From: Mobula hypostoma
Taxonomy: Eukaryota
Reading direction: 5' to 3'
Length of the DNA: 64,000 nucleotides
Assembly (NCBI RefSeq): GCF_963921235.1
Contig: NC_086097.1
Coordinates: forward strand, 32,118,001-32,182,000
Both the position numbers and the translations under genes were made by a program. Below the pieces are notes generated by a model. It made no database searches. It was not told the origin of the DNA and saw nothing but the letters and a program-made list of their open reading frames with translations. Shown piece by piece: positions 24,015 to 36,124 of the stretch. Positions within the stretch are counted from its first letter, which is position 1; each line of letters starts with the position of its first letter.

Positions 24015-26595
24015 AAAGTTCAAGTTCACAGTAAATATATTATCAAAGTACATATATGTCACCATATACAAGCCTGAGATTAAAATCAAAGTACATATAT
24101 GTCACCATATACAACCCTGAGATTAATTTCTTGCAGGCATACTCAAAAAATCCAATGACCATAACAGAATCCATGAAAGACCGCACCAAAAGGGCAGACA
24201 ACCAGTATGCAAAAGACAATAATTGTGCAAATACAAAGAGGAAAACAGAAATAATAATAATAAATAAATAAATAAACAACAAATATCAAGAACATGAGAT
24301 GAAGAGTCCCAAAAAGTGAGTCCATAGGTTGTGGGAACAGTTCAGTGATTGGGCAAGATAAGTCGAGTGGTTATCCCCTCTTGTTCAAGCCTATGCTTGA
24401 GGTGAAATAATTGTTTCTGAACCTGGTGGTGTGAGTCCTGAGGCTCCTGTACCTTCTTGCAGATGGCATCAGTGAGAAGAGAGCGTGACCTGGGTGGTGG
24501 GGCTCTCTGAGGATGGATGCTGTTTTCCTGCAACAGCGCACCGAATAGATGTGCTCAATGGTGGGGAGGGGTTTACCCATGATGGACTGGGCCACATCCA
24601 CTACTTTCGGTAGGATTTTCCATTCAAGGGCATTGGTGTTTCCGTACGAGGCTGTGATGCAGCCATCCGATATACTTGTCACCACAAATATATAGAAATT
24701 TGTCAAAGTTTCAGATGTCAGGCCGAGCCTTTGTAAACTCCTAAGCAAATAGGGGCTCTGCTATGCCTTCTTCATAATTGCACTTACATGCTGGGCCCAG
24801 GACAGGTCAAGTGAGAACAAATTCAAATTTAATTATCATTCAACTATACATGAATGCAACCGAACAAAACAGCTAGTAAAAAAAACATTGTCACACAAAA
24901 AAAACATATATAGTCCAAGACCCAGAGCAACATGTCATGCAAATTGATTGTACGGATTCCCAGCAGTGCGCTGCCACTGCAGTCCAACCTGTCATTCCAC
25001 CAATCAAACACTGGAGGACAGCACCAATAGGAGAGGCTAGTCTCCCAACCGAGCACGGATGAAATACTACACTCCTCCGGCATCCCTCCCCTGGACTGCA
25101 GCAGCAGGCAAGCACACGGCTTGAGGCCTAGACCTTGCTACAACCAAGGCCACGCATCTCCCACGCCACCTACTGCACCGCCAGACAAGGGAAACAGGCC
25201 TGCATCATCTTACATTATCAATGTCCAGCAGGGTCTTGCAACCACAAGAGAAATGTCCAAGACAATCACCCACGGTTACATCGCATGCTGCCTTCGTGCA
25301 CCAGCTCCGATGCCTGCAAGCAGCAGGCAGCAACGTGATCTGCACCCAGGCCCACTCCTCCGAACCCAGGTCGGTTCCTCCGATCAACGAGCAGCTCACC
25401 GATGGGGTAGGCTCGCAGCACCGTCTTGCGATTGTAAAAAACACATTTAACAAAGAGAAAAATACATTTGGTTGGCCCGAGAGGCTGCTGCATCCGAACA
25501 CATCACCATCTCACTGGTCCTCTGAAATGATAACATTGAGGAATTTAAAGTTCCTCTCCCATCTCTGATCCCCCGATGAGAACTGGTTCACAGACCTCTG
25601 ATTTCCTCTTTGATAATTAGCTTCTTGGCTTTGCTGACATTGAGTAAGAAGTGGGAGGGGGGAGAAGATGGCGCGACGGCAGCGCGTGCGGCCACTTCAG
25701 TGATAAATATCTGTTATCTGTCAAGTAGGGGTCCGTGCACAATTCTGATTTGATGGAGATAGATGTGAGAGCACGGAGAAACATCTGGAAATTTTCTGAA
25801 ATGCCCGCTTCGCTGCCGCTGCTACTGTGTGGTAACCGGAATCTCCGGAGCAGAAGGCCACGAAATCCTCGGCTTTGTGTGCTTCAGTGGCCAGGGAGAG
25901 GTCGAAGGTGCTCGGCAGAGGATGGTGCTCGGGAGGCTGTATAGGAGAGGCTGGTCGGAAGCTCGAAGTTTTCGGACGGATAGACTCAGTGTCGGCTGCT
26001 TCCAAGGCATCGGCAAGTTGACAGTGCCTGGAGGTTTATGGCAGGGAGTTTCTCCCTTTTGCCGCCTGCTATCGGGGACTCGGGACTTTGAGACTTTTTT
26101 TTTACTGTGCCCATGGTCTGTTCTTCATCAAATTATGGTATTGCTTTGCACTGCTGTAACTATATGTTATAATTATGTGGTTCTGTCAGTGTTAACGTCT
26201 TTGGTCTGTCCTGTTTTCTGTGATATCACTCTGGAGAAACATTGTATCATTTCTTAATGCATGTGTGTATTTCTAAATGACAATAAGAGAGGACTGAGTG
26301 TTCTCATAATCTAAAAAAAAGTTGTTGTAGCACCACTCAGCCAGATTTTCAATCTCCCTCCTACATGCTGATTTGTCATCATCTTTGATTCAGCCAACAG
26401 TGTTGTCAGCAAACTTCAATATGGCATTGGAGCTGTGCTTAGCCACACAGTCATAAGTGCGAAGTGAGTAGAGCAGGGGGCTAAACACACAGCCTTGTGG
26501 TGCACCTGTGCTGATGGAGATTATGGAGGAGATGTTACCAATCCGAACTGACTGGGGTCTGCAAGTGAGGAAATTGAGGATCCAATTGCACATTA
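24015..26595 (-). mobile_element. Rex1/Babar-type LINE fragment interrupted by two insertions (about 24812-25510 and 25653-26320)
   Basis: [19 protein letters not shown]...KFAD (26390-26593) and LTNFY...CITASYGN...HPGHALFSLMPSARRYRS (24371-24748). Confidence 0.8.
25653..26320 (+). mobile_element. About 670-bp non-coding retroelement, copy 1
   Basis: Starts GAGAAGATGGCG, ends GAGGACTGAGTGTTCTCATAATCT plus A tract; colinear with 26663-27326. Confidence 0.7.
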
Positions 26596-26662
26596 TTTGT
26601 AAACCGGTTTATTATTGTCACATATTTTGAGGTACAGTGAAAAACTCTGTTTTGTTGCCATC

Positions 26663-27326
26663 TGGGCGGGATGAGAAGATGGCGACGCGACGCAGCTCGC
26701 AGTGGTCACTCCGGTGGTGATATCTGATATCTGTCAAGTAGGGTGCCGTGCACAATCCTGATTTGATGGAAAGCATGGAGGAACATCTGGTGAAACTTCT
26801 GAAATGCCTGTTTCACTGCCGCTGCTACTGTGTGATCCAGAATCTCCTGAGGGAAAGGCCCCGAGTCCATGGCTTTGTTTGTTGCTCGGCGGCCCGGGCG
26901 GGGTCGAAGCGCTCGGCAGAGGATGGCGCTCGGTATCGGAGGGCTGGTTGGAGGTTCAAAGTTTTCGGACGGACTCAGAGTCTGCTGCAGTCGGGTGCTT
27001 CCAATGGTGCTGCATCAGCAAGTTTGCAGCACTGGATGTTCATGGCAGGGAGAGTTTCTCCTTTCTACTGACTGCGTGAGATGATGGGGCTATCAGAACT
27101 TTGAAACTTTTTTTTACCGTGCCCATGGTCTGCTCTTTATCAAATTACGGTATTGCTTTGCACTGTTGTAACTATATGTTATAATTATGTGGTCTTGTCA
27201 GCTTTAGTCTTGGTTTGTCTTGTGTTTCTGTGGTATCACTCTGGAGGAACATTGTATCATTTTTTAAAGCATGCATTTCTAAATGATAATAAATGAGGAC
27301 TGAGTGTCCTCATAATCTAATCTAAT
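26663..27326 (+). mobile_element. About 660-bp non-coding retroelement, copy 2
   Basis: Same 5' AAGATGGCG start and 3' end as copy 1, with an (AATCT)n tail. Confidence 0.7.
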
Positions 27327-27649
27327 CATCACAGACCAATTAATCACATCAGTACACTGAGATAGCACTAGGGAGTGTCTGTGTGGAGTTTGCAGGTTCT
27401 ATTTGCGAGCACGTGGGTTTTCCTTGGGGCTCCGGTTTCCTCACAAGCCCAGTGATGTGCGGGGTCAGTGGATTAATCTGCTGCTGTAAATTGCCCCCCT
27501 AGCATGTGTGTGAAGGGTAGAACCTGGGGCAGCTGATGGCAATGTGAGGAAAATAAAATATGATGCTTGTAGGATTAGTCAAAGTGAGTGGTTTACGGTC
27601 AGCATGGACTCAATAGGTTGAAAGGCTGCTTTCCGTCCTGTAGAACTCG

Positions 27650-28650
27650 AGGGCCTGAGTTATAGGGAGAAGCGAGACAGGCTGGGACGCAGGAGAATAT
27701 AGAGTGACCTGATAGAGGTGTATAAAATGAGGGGTATACTGTAGATAGGGTGAATATACAGCTTCATCCCAGGACTGCGAATCAAGAACTAGAGGGCACT
27801 GTGAGAGCAGGGAGATTTAATAGGAACCTGGGGGTTAACCTTTTCACCCCAAGGATGGTGGTGTGTGGTATGAGCTGCCAGACAAAGTGGTAGAGGTGGG
27901 TACAATTACAACATTTAAAAGACACTTGGACAGTTACGGTGCGTGGACAAGAAAGGGTGAGCAGGCCAAATGTAGTTCTGTGTACACAAAATCATGAGGG
28001 GTAAAGGCAGGGAAAACGCAGGCAGCCCTTTTCCACTGAGGTTGGGTGAGAGGAGGACTAGGGGCCATAGGTTAAGGGTGAAGGGTATAACATTTAAGGG
28101 GCAAATTCCTCACTCAGAGGGTGGTGAGAGTGTGGAACGAGCTGCCAGACGAAGTGGTAGATGCAGGTTTGACTACACCATTTACGAGGAATTTGGATAG
28201 GCACATGGATGGGACGTGTATGGCCCAGGTGCAGGTAGGTGGGACCAGGCAGCAGATCAGGTTGGCATGGACTAGATGGGCTGAAAGGCCTGCTTACGTG
28301 CTATAGTGCTCTATGACTCTAATCGGAACTAGGTCAGCAAAACCTACCAACTATTGAAAGTGTTGGATTTGCAGAGGACGTTTCCAACAGTGGGAGAGTC
28401 GAGGACCCAAGGGCACAGCCTCAGAACAGATGCACCTCCCTTTAGAACAGAGATGAGGAGGAACTTCTTTAGCCAGAGGGTGGTGAATCCATGGAATCCA
28501 TTGTCACTGATGCTGTGGAGGGCAAGTCATTGGGTGTATGTAAAGCTGAGTTTGATAAGTTTTTGATTAGTCAGGGAGTCAAAGGTTAGGGGGAGAAGGC
28601 AGGAGAATGGGGAAACACATCAGCCATGATGAAATGGCGGAGGGCAGGAT
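27650..28650 (+). mobile_element. Three consecutive CR1 3'-end fragments
   Basis: Each carries the TRGH.L..., RVV.VWN.LP signature. Confidence 0.7.
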
Positions 28651-28687
28651 GGGCTGTGCTTGCTGTGTGACTGCTCCGGTCACTCAC

Positions 28688-28864
28688 CCTGGTGTTCAGG
28701 TTGTGGCACAGCGTCTCCCAGTAGAGGTTCAGACTGCCGAGTTGTTCAGCCAGCTCCATCTTGCTGTACCGGCTGCCCTCCACGTCCTCGTCTCTCACTT
28801 GGAGCAGAGAGTGGTTCACAGAGTCGACTGCTGGCTGCCAGCAGCTTACTTCCAGTTTCTGGCG
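28688..28864 (-). CDS. SYNE2: Nesprin exon (RQKLEVSCWQ...HNLNTR), 59 aa
   Basis: Acceptor ctcctgcag, donor GTGAGT, 177 nt; resembles the nesprin VDFVNQSLLQ...DVES.R motif. Confidence 0.92.
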
Positions 28865-29436
28865 CTGCAGGAGAGAAGGGCAAGGGTCACTCACCTCCAC
28901 AACCCGCGAGGGCCATCTTCAGCCCTGCTCCCTCCACACTTTCCCCAGCCCATCCTTGCACCTGGCACCTCCTGAGAGCCTCACCCTTGTAGCGAGAGGA
29001 TCTGCCCACCTCTCCTCACTCCATGACCTACCTCTTGCCAAATGCCCCCGTGTCCCTGAACCAATGCTCCTTGCCCCATGCTCATCGCTCTACAACTCCT
29101 GTCCTCTGGCCGCCACTTGGCCTCAAATCTTGCCCCATATCTCCTGCTCCTTCATCACTCCACAACTCCTGCCCCCTCACCTGACCTCTTGCCCTTAGCT
29201 CTTGCCCTATGTCCTTCACTGACTGTCCCACATCTTTTTTTCACTTGTCTATCCCTCCTCACCCAATTCTTGACCCCTGCCCTTTGTCCAGTGTCCCACA
29301 CCCTTCCTCGTTGCCCAACATTCAACAATCCTCACCGCATGTCTATCCTTTGCCTTTTATCCTTTCCCAACAGCTCCTGCCCTTTGCCCAATGTCCCCCT
29401 GGCCCTTTGCCTTTGGGGCCAGCCTACAATCCCTAC

Positions 29437-29583
29437 CTGGCAGTCACGCAGTTCCTGCGACACAGCTGCACTGCTGCCCAGCGCTGGTACCTCTGCTGCT
29501 GCACGAAGCCGCGTGTCCACACCGCTGACCCACTCAACCAGCTCGGCCAGGAGCAACTTGGAGGGCGTCCCCTCCACCTGTAG
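29437..29583 (-). CDS. SYNE2: Nesprin exon (LQVEGTPSKL...ELRDCQ), 49 aa
   Basis: Acceptor ctgttccag, donor GTAGGG, 147 nt. Confidence 0.88.
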
Positions 29584-30173
29584 CTGGAACAGAGGAAGAG
29601 GCCGTTGAGGGAGGGACAGCATAGGGGGAGAGGAAGGGGATGGTAGAACTGTAGGCCACTCAGTCCCTCGATCATGCCCCACCCTTTGGCTGATCTTTGC
29701 CATCTGTGCCAGTTCACCACAACCCTCTGGTTCCTCAATCTTCTGGATATTTGTCCATCTTCACCCCAGGTATATCCAAAGATCTGCTCTCCCCCATCCT
29801 CGGGGACAGAGAATTCCAGAGAGTTACAGACAGACTGGGTGGGTCTAATCATCTAACTCTGCTCCTAACTCTGGGTCTACTCCATTATGTGGGTCTAAGA
29901 AAAGAAATATCTACACTCCAGTTTTAGATGACCCACCCTTTATTTTGTAACCTCACCCCCTTGTTTGTGACTTTCTCACTGGTGGAAGCATCTCAACATC
30001 TCCCTCGTCAAACCCTATACAGATGTTCTATGCCTGACTAAGGTCACACCACCAACCCCACCTCCCGCACCCAGTCTTCTAAGCTCCAAGGAGCACAGAC
30101 CCAGCCAGTCTAGCCTCTCTTGACAGAACAACCCTCTCACCCCAGGATTAAGGGCAGGGTTTATGGACTTCCA

Positions 30174-30401
30174 TAGCCGGCTGGTGGCATAGTGGCATCA
30201 GCGCCGGACTTCGGAGCGGAGGCTCCTGAGATTGAATCCAGCCGGCTCCCTTGCACGCTTTCCATTTGTGCTGGGTTGAGCGCCGAGCTAGCAACTCAGC
30301 CTCGTAAAAAAAATAAGAAAGCCTGCTAAAAAAACGCCATAATGATGGCGCCCCAATGACTCCACTCGGAGTGAAGGGCTTTCTTCTTCTTCTTCTTCTT
30401 C
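30174..30401 (+). mobile_element. tRNA-derived SINE with (TTC)n tail
   Basis: A-box TGGCATAGTGG, B-box-like GATTGAATCC, 13-bp TSD TTATGG(A/G)CTTCCA at 30161-30173 and 30402-30414. Confidence 0.82.
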
Positions 30402-30965
30402 TTATGGGCTTCCACTGAATTCAAACTTGATACTTAATAGCACTGCCGTGAAGAGGGATCTTGGGTTCCACATCCATCGCTCTCTGAAAGTGGCAACGCA
30501 AGATGGTAAAGATAGCTTTCATCGGTCAGGTCATTGGGTGTAAGAATCAGGAAGTCATGTTGCAGATGTATAATGTATTCCTCTCCATAGAAGCTGCCTG
30601 ACCTGCTGAGTTCCTCATATTGTGTGTGCTCTCCTGCAGATGTATAAAACTTTTGTCAGGCAGCACTTAGAGTATCACGTGCAGATCTGGTTGCTCCATT
30701 ATAAGACAGATGCAGAGGCTTTGGAGAGGGTGTAGGACGGGCTCACCAGGATGCTGCCTGGATTAGAGGATATGTGCCATCACGAGAGGTTGGGTGGCAC
30801 AGTGGCAGAGCAGTTTACAGTGCCAGCTGCTGGGTTCAATTCCCACAGCTGTCTGTAAGGAGTTAGTACATTCTCCCCATGGACACGCGGGCTTCCTTCG
30901 TCTGCAGGTTAGTATGTTAATTGGCCACAAAGGTCTGTTGCTGTGTATCTCTAAATATATGTAAC

Positions 30966-31070
30966 ACACATCAAAGTTGCTGGTGAACGCAGCAGGCCAG
31001 GCAGCATCTCTAGGAAGAGTGCAGTCGACGTTTCAGGCCGAGACCCTTCGTCAGGACCCTAATCTAAATA
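30966..31070 (-). mobile_element. About 100-bp solo PLE terminal-repeat insertion with an intact hammerhead core (31022-31057)
   Basis: Minus strand reads GTC-CTGACGA-AGGGTCTCGGCCT-GAAA-CGTC-GAC; 16-bp duplication TCTAAATATATGTAAC at 30950-30965 and 31071-31086. Confidence 0.8.
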
Positions 31071-31484
31071 TCTAAATATATGTAACTTGTTTTCTCTGGA
31101 GTGTCAGAGGCTAAGGGGAGATCTGTTACAAGTTTACAGAATTAGGAGAGGCATAGATAGATAGTCAGAGGGTAAAATGTCAAGATAATAGGTTTAAAGT
31201 GAGAGGGGGGAAATTTAAAGGAGGCCTGCGGGCTAAGTGTGTTTTTATTTACACACAGGTGGTGGGTGCCCAGAATGTGCTGGTAGGAGAGTTAAATATG
31301 ATGGTGGCAATTGAGAGACAAATGAGTATGTGGAGAAGGGAGGGATATGGTTTATGTGTAGGCAGAAGAGATTTAATTTAATTTGGCATCGTCCGGCATA
31401 GACATGGTGGGCCGAAGGGCCTGTTCTTGTGCTGAATTTTTCAATGTTCTATGGACTACGGTACATAGTCTAACTGCACTAACC

Positions 31485-32105
31485 CCCACCCCCACAGAGC
31501 TATAGTGGGCCCACCCCAGGAACATGAACGCCTGAACCAATCTCCACTCTCATATATTTCTACCCTGAACCCTTCCTTCACCCCCTCCTCATTGCTTCTC
31601 CACCCCCACCACCCTGCCTCGCCCCTTCCGAAACACCCACCCCACCCACCCCTCCATCCCTCAACCCAACCCACACTCCCTTCCCACACCCCCACCACTT
31701 AACCCTCCCCCAGCCTCTCCACCTAAATCCCTCCTTCCCCATGCTCTCCCCTCCCTGCCTCCCATCACCCGAATGAATGGCCCACTCTCGCCCTCCCATC
31801 CCTCCACAAATTCCTCCTCCATTCAATGCCCACCCTGCACCCCACTCTCCCCACCCTCCCGACCACCCATCACCCCTACTCCTGAACCCTCCTCCACTCC
31901 CCCACACCCAATATTCCTCCTGTATCCCATCTTACCCTCCCCCATAAACACCCATTACACCCCACCCTCCTGACCAGCCATCACCCCCACTTCTGAACCC
32001 TCCTCCACTCCCCCACGCCCAATACTCCTCCTGTACCCTATCCTTCCCTCCTTCCCCCATAAACACCCTGCCCATCACGCTCTCACCGTTCCTGCCCTTT
32101 TCTAC
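31485..32105. repeat. C-rich low-complexity tract with internal duplication
   Basis: C/A/T runs; the block near 31840-31960 recurs near 31960-32070. Confidence 0.7.
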
Positions 32106-32116
32106 CCCATCCTGAC

Positions 32117-32299
32117 CTGCAGCAGCCGTTCCTGGATGGGGGGCAGCTCCCCGGCCAGTTGTGCCCAACGCCTCTCCAACTGCTCCAGCTGTTCCTGCAC
32201 AGCGGCACTTGGGGTGTGCTGCAGTGCCAGCAGCCGGCGCCCACTGCCGGTCACCGCTGCCCCGGAGGGGTTCCGCTCCTCCACCTCCTTCCTGAAGTC
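32117..32299 (-). CDS. SYNE2: Nesprin exon (DFRKEVEERN...IQERLLQ), 61 aa
   Basis: Acceptor ctcctccag after a pyrimidine tract, donor GTCAGG, 183 nt. Confidence 0.9.
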
Positions 32300-33146
32300 C
32301 TGGAGGAGGGGAGAAAGAGAGAGGTTGATCCCAGGTTCAGGAGAGGCAGATGCCCAGCTCAGGGTCTCTCGGGGAGACTACACCCCGGTGTGGAATCTAC
32401 ACCACACATGGACACAGAAGGCACAGAAAGTGGTAGAACTCCACCAGTTCTATCACGGGTACAGCTCACCCACTGAGGATATCTCAGGAAGGCAACATCC
32501 ATTATCAGAGATCCCCGCCATCAAGAAGACATGCCCTCTTCTCAATGCTGCCATCTGAAGACTCAGACTACACCTCAAAGTTCAACAATGGCTTCTTCCC
32601 CACTATTCTCAGACTTTAGAACATAGGCCTCCACCGGACAGCGATCTATGATCTTGAGCTCAACTTTAAACTATTCGAAGATAGACCTTCCCTCCCACGT
32701 AGCTCTCCATTTTTCTATCATCCATGTGCCTATTTAAAACATTAATGATGTATCTGCCTCTACCACCACCTCTGGCGGTGCATTCCACAATCCCACCACG
32801 CTCGGTGTGAAACAAAACTTTCCTCCGATATCCCTCCCCCAGACTTTCCTCCAAGCACCTTAAAATGATGTCCCCTTGAATTAGCATTTCTACCCTGGGA
32901 AAAAAATCTGGTTGTTTTGGAAGCTTTAGAGAGGATGTAGAGGAGATTTACCAGGATGCCGTCTGGATTAGAGAGCATATTTTATGAGGACAGATTGAGT
33001 GAGCTAGGGCTTTTCTCTTTGGAGTGAAGCAGGATGAGAAGTGACTTGATAGAGGAGGACAAAATGATAAGAGGCATAGATAGAGTGGCCAGACAGAGAC
33101 CCAGGGTGGAAATGGTTAATATAGGGGGGCATAATTTTGAGGGAAG

Positions 33147-34550
33147 TACTTTATACTTTATTCTTTATCGTCACCAAACAATTGATACTAGAACGTACAA
33201 TCATCACAGCGACATTTGATTCTGCACTTTGCACGCCCTGGAATACAAATCAATAGTAAATATTAAAAATTTAAATTATAAATCATAAATAGAAAATAGA
33301 AAAGGGAAAGTAAGGTAGTGCAAAAAAACCGAGAGGCAGGTCCAGATAGTTGGAGGGTATGACCCAGATCCGGGTCAGGATCCATTCAGCAGTCTTATCA
33401 CAATTGGAAAAAATCTGACCATACGAGTCTTCAAGCTCCTGAGCCTTCTCCCGGAGGGAAGAGGGACGAAAAGTGTGTTGACTGGGTGGACCGTGCCCTT
33501 GATTATCCTGGCAGCACTGCTCCGACAGCGTGAGGTGTGAAGTGAGTCCAAGGACGGAAGATTGGTTTGTGTGATGTGCTGGGCTGTGTTCACGATCTTC
33601 TGCAGCTTCTTCCGGTCTTGGACAGGACAACTTCCATACCAGGTTGTGATGCACCCTAGAAGAATGCATTCTACAGTGCATCTATAAAAATTAGTGAGGG
33701 TTTTAGGGGACAGGCCAAATTTCTTTCACTTTCTCAGGAAGTAAAGGCGCTGGTGGGCTTTCTTGGCAATGGACTCTGCTTGGTTGGACCAAGTCAAGTC
33801 ATTTGTGATATTGACCCCGAGGAACTTAAAGCTTTTGTCCTGTTCCACTTGCGCACCACCGATGTAAATAGGGTCGTGCGGTCCGCTACTCCTTCTGAAA
33901 TCAACAACCAATTCCTTCGTCTTGCTGATGTTGAGGGGTAGGTTATTGTCTTTGCACCATGCCACCAGGTTTTTAATTTCCTCTCTGTACTCAAACTCAT
34001 CATTACCCGAGATACGGCCGGCAATTGTGGTGTCATCAGCAAACTTATATATTGAGTTCGATGGAAACTTGGCTACACAATCATGGGTGTACAGTGAGTA
34101 CAGCAGGGGGCTGAGTACACAGCCTTGTGGGGCACCAGTGCTCAGAGTGATTGTAGAGGAGAGCTTGTCCCCTATTTTTACAGCCTGGGTCCTGTCTGTG
34201 AGGAAGTTTAAGATCCAGCTGCAGATCTGAGTGCTAAGGCCCAGGTTCCGGAGCTTAGGAATCAGATTATTTGGAATGATGGTATTAAAGGCAGAGCTGT
34301 AGTCAATGAAAAGGAGCCTTACATATGCGTCTTTATTCTCCAGGTGTTCTAAGGAGGAATGTAGGGCCAGAGAGATGGCATCTGCCATTGACCTGTTGCT
34401 CTGGTAGGTGAATTGCAAAGTGTCGAGGTTGACCGGTAGGCTGTGGTTGATGTGTGCCAAAACCAATCGCTCGAAGCACTTCATAGCAATTGATGTCAGA
34501 GCCACAGGTCGATAGTCATTCAGGCATGCCACCCTGCTCTTCTTCGGCAC
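33147..34550 (-). mobile_element. 5'-truncated Rex1/Babar LINE (RT domain) inserted in a CR1 3' fragment
   Basis: ORF 33726-34550: [48 protein letters not shown]; 3' UTR with short tandem tail. Confidence 0.9.
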
Positions 34551-34943
34551 TGAGGATATAAAGGGGATATCAGAGGTAGGTTTTTTTGCTGTTGTTGTTG
34601 TTGTGTTTTTTTTTTAAATACACACAGAGTATAGTGTGTATGTAGAACACCCTGTCAGGGGTGGTGGCAAACGCAGATACATTAGGGACATTTAAGAAAC
34701 ACATAAATTGAAAGAAAAATGAAGGGCTATGTGGGAAGGATGATGATAGCATGTGGCTGGTGGTCAGTACGAACTCCGTGGAATGAAGGGCCTGTTTAGT
34801 GCTGTACCTCACTTGAGATGGTTTGGCTAGATTGGAATTCACTGCCTGATTCCAGACTCTAACTTGGGAATACCGTGGGGCTGCCCTCGGAGAGGTGATG
34901 GGATTAATGCGGGAGCCCGGACCCAAGCATGACCAGTACTTAC

Positions 34944-35076
34944 CAGGAAGAGTTTGAGCTGATTCCTTCTGCTCTCCACATTCAAGGGGACACTCAGCGA
35001 CTCCTGCTTCCAGTACATCACCTGGTTCCCAGCCTGATCCAGCCACTCCTCAAAGCCACCGGATTCTCTCTGAAAC
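34944..35076 (-). CDS. SYNE2: Nesprin exon (FQRESGGFEEWL...QLKLFL), 44 aa
   Basis: Acceptor attcccag, donor GTAAGT, phase 2/0 matching the previous exon. Confidence 0.9.
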
Positions 35077-35119
35077 CTGGGAATTTCAAGGGAAGCCATT
35101 ATGGACATCGTAGTGGAAG

Positions 35120-35615
35120 AAGCGAGAGAAACAGAGGGGGGACGGAGAGATGGGGGGGGGGGATGGAGAGACAGAGTGGGAAAGTCAGAGAGGGGGTGAG
35201 AGAGACAGAGGGGGGGAGCGAGAGAGACAGAGAGGGGGAGCGTGAGACAGAGAGGGGGAGTGTGAGACAGAGAGGGGGAGTGTGAGACAGAGAGGGGGCG
35301 AGAGAGACAGACAGAGAGGGGGAGCAAGAGAGACAGACAGAGAGGGGGAGCGAGAGAGACGGGGAGCGAGAGAGACGGGGGGCGGGAGAGACAGAGGGGG
35401 GAGCGAGAGGAAGTGAGAGAGACAGAGAGGGGGAGCGAGAGGAAGCGAGAGAGAGAGACAGGGAGGCAGAGAGAGAGACGGGGGGGCGAGAGAGAGAAAC
35501 GGGGGGCGAGAGAGATGGGGGGACGGTGAAAGAGACGGGGGGGACGGTGAGAGAGACGGGGGGGGACGGTGAGAGAGACGGGGGGATGGTGAGAGAGACG
35601 GAGGGAGGGGGGCGA
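35120..35615. repeat. GA-rich simple repeat
   Basis: GAGAGACAGAGAGGGGGA-type units; pyrimidine-rich on the gene strand just upstream of exon 34944-35076. Confidence 0.85.
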
Positions 35616-36124
35616 GGAATGAACAGGGACTCTACTGTCCCTGACAGGGGGCTCCCAGACCAGACGTCACCTGGACATCATCAAGAAACTTCAATCATTT
35701 TCCAGCATTTTCCGTTCACTATCTCCCTCCCAGCCATTCCCCCTCCTCCACAGGATGAGCCTCTTCCCTCAGGTTCCCACAGCGCTGGTCAATTGTCAGG
35801 GACACAGCATTTCCTGATCACTCTCTTCATTGCTGGCCCCATCTACAGCCTGGAGTTCACGTTAGTGACTCGCGCCCCTGATGGGGAGCAGAGAGCAACA
35901 TCTGGACCACACACAAGTTACAGATTCATTTATCACGTGTACATTAAAACGTACAGTGAAATGTGTTGCTTGCAGTACACAACCCAAGGATCTGCTCGGA
36001 ACAGCCCACAAGTGTTCCACATCTTCCAGAACCTGCGTAGCAGGTCCACAATACTCCGAAGAACAGAAAAAGAAGCCCCATTCCTCCCAACCACTGATTC
36101 AAAATGCTGGAGGTAGGCAGCGGG

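Noticed and set aside
24042..24115. Short tandem duplication of ATCAAAGTACATATATGTCACCATATACA
   Set aside because: A local duplication in a Rex1-type 3' tail with no sign of function.
30174..30250. tRNA gene
   Set aside because: The A and B boxes run into a SINE body with a simple-repeat tail and TSD; there is no convincing cloverleaf.
32670..34810. Possible second twin-priming inversion between opposed CR1 pieces
   Set aside because: Both pieces contain the same 3' segment and no shared TSD was found, so two independent copies are more likely.
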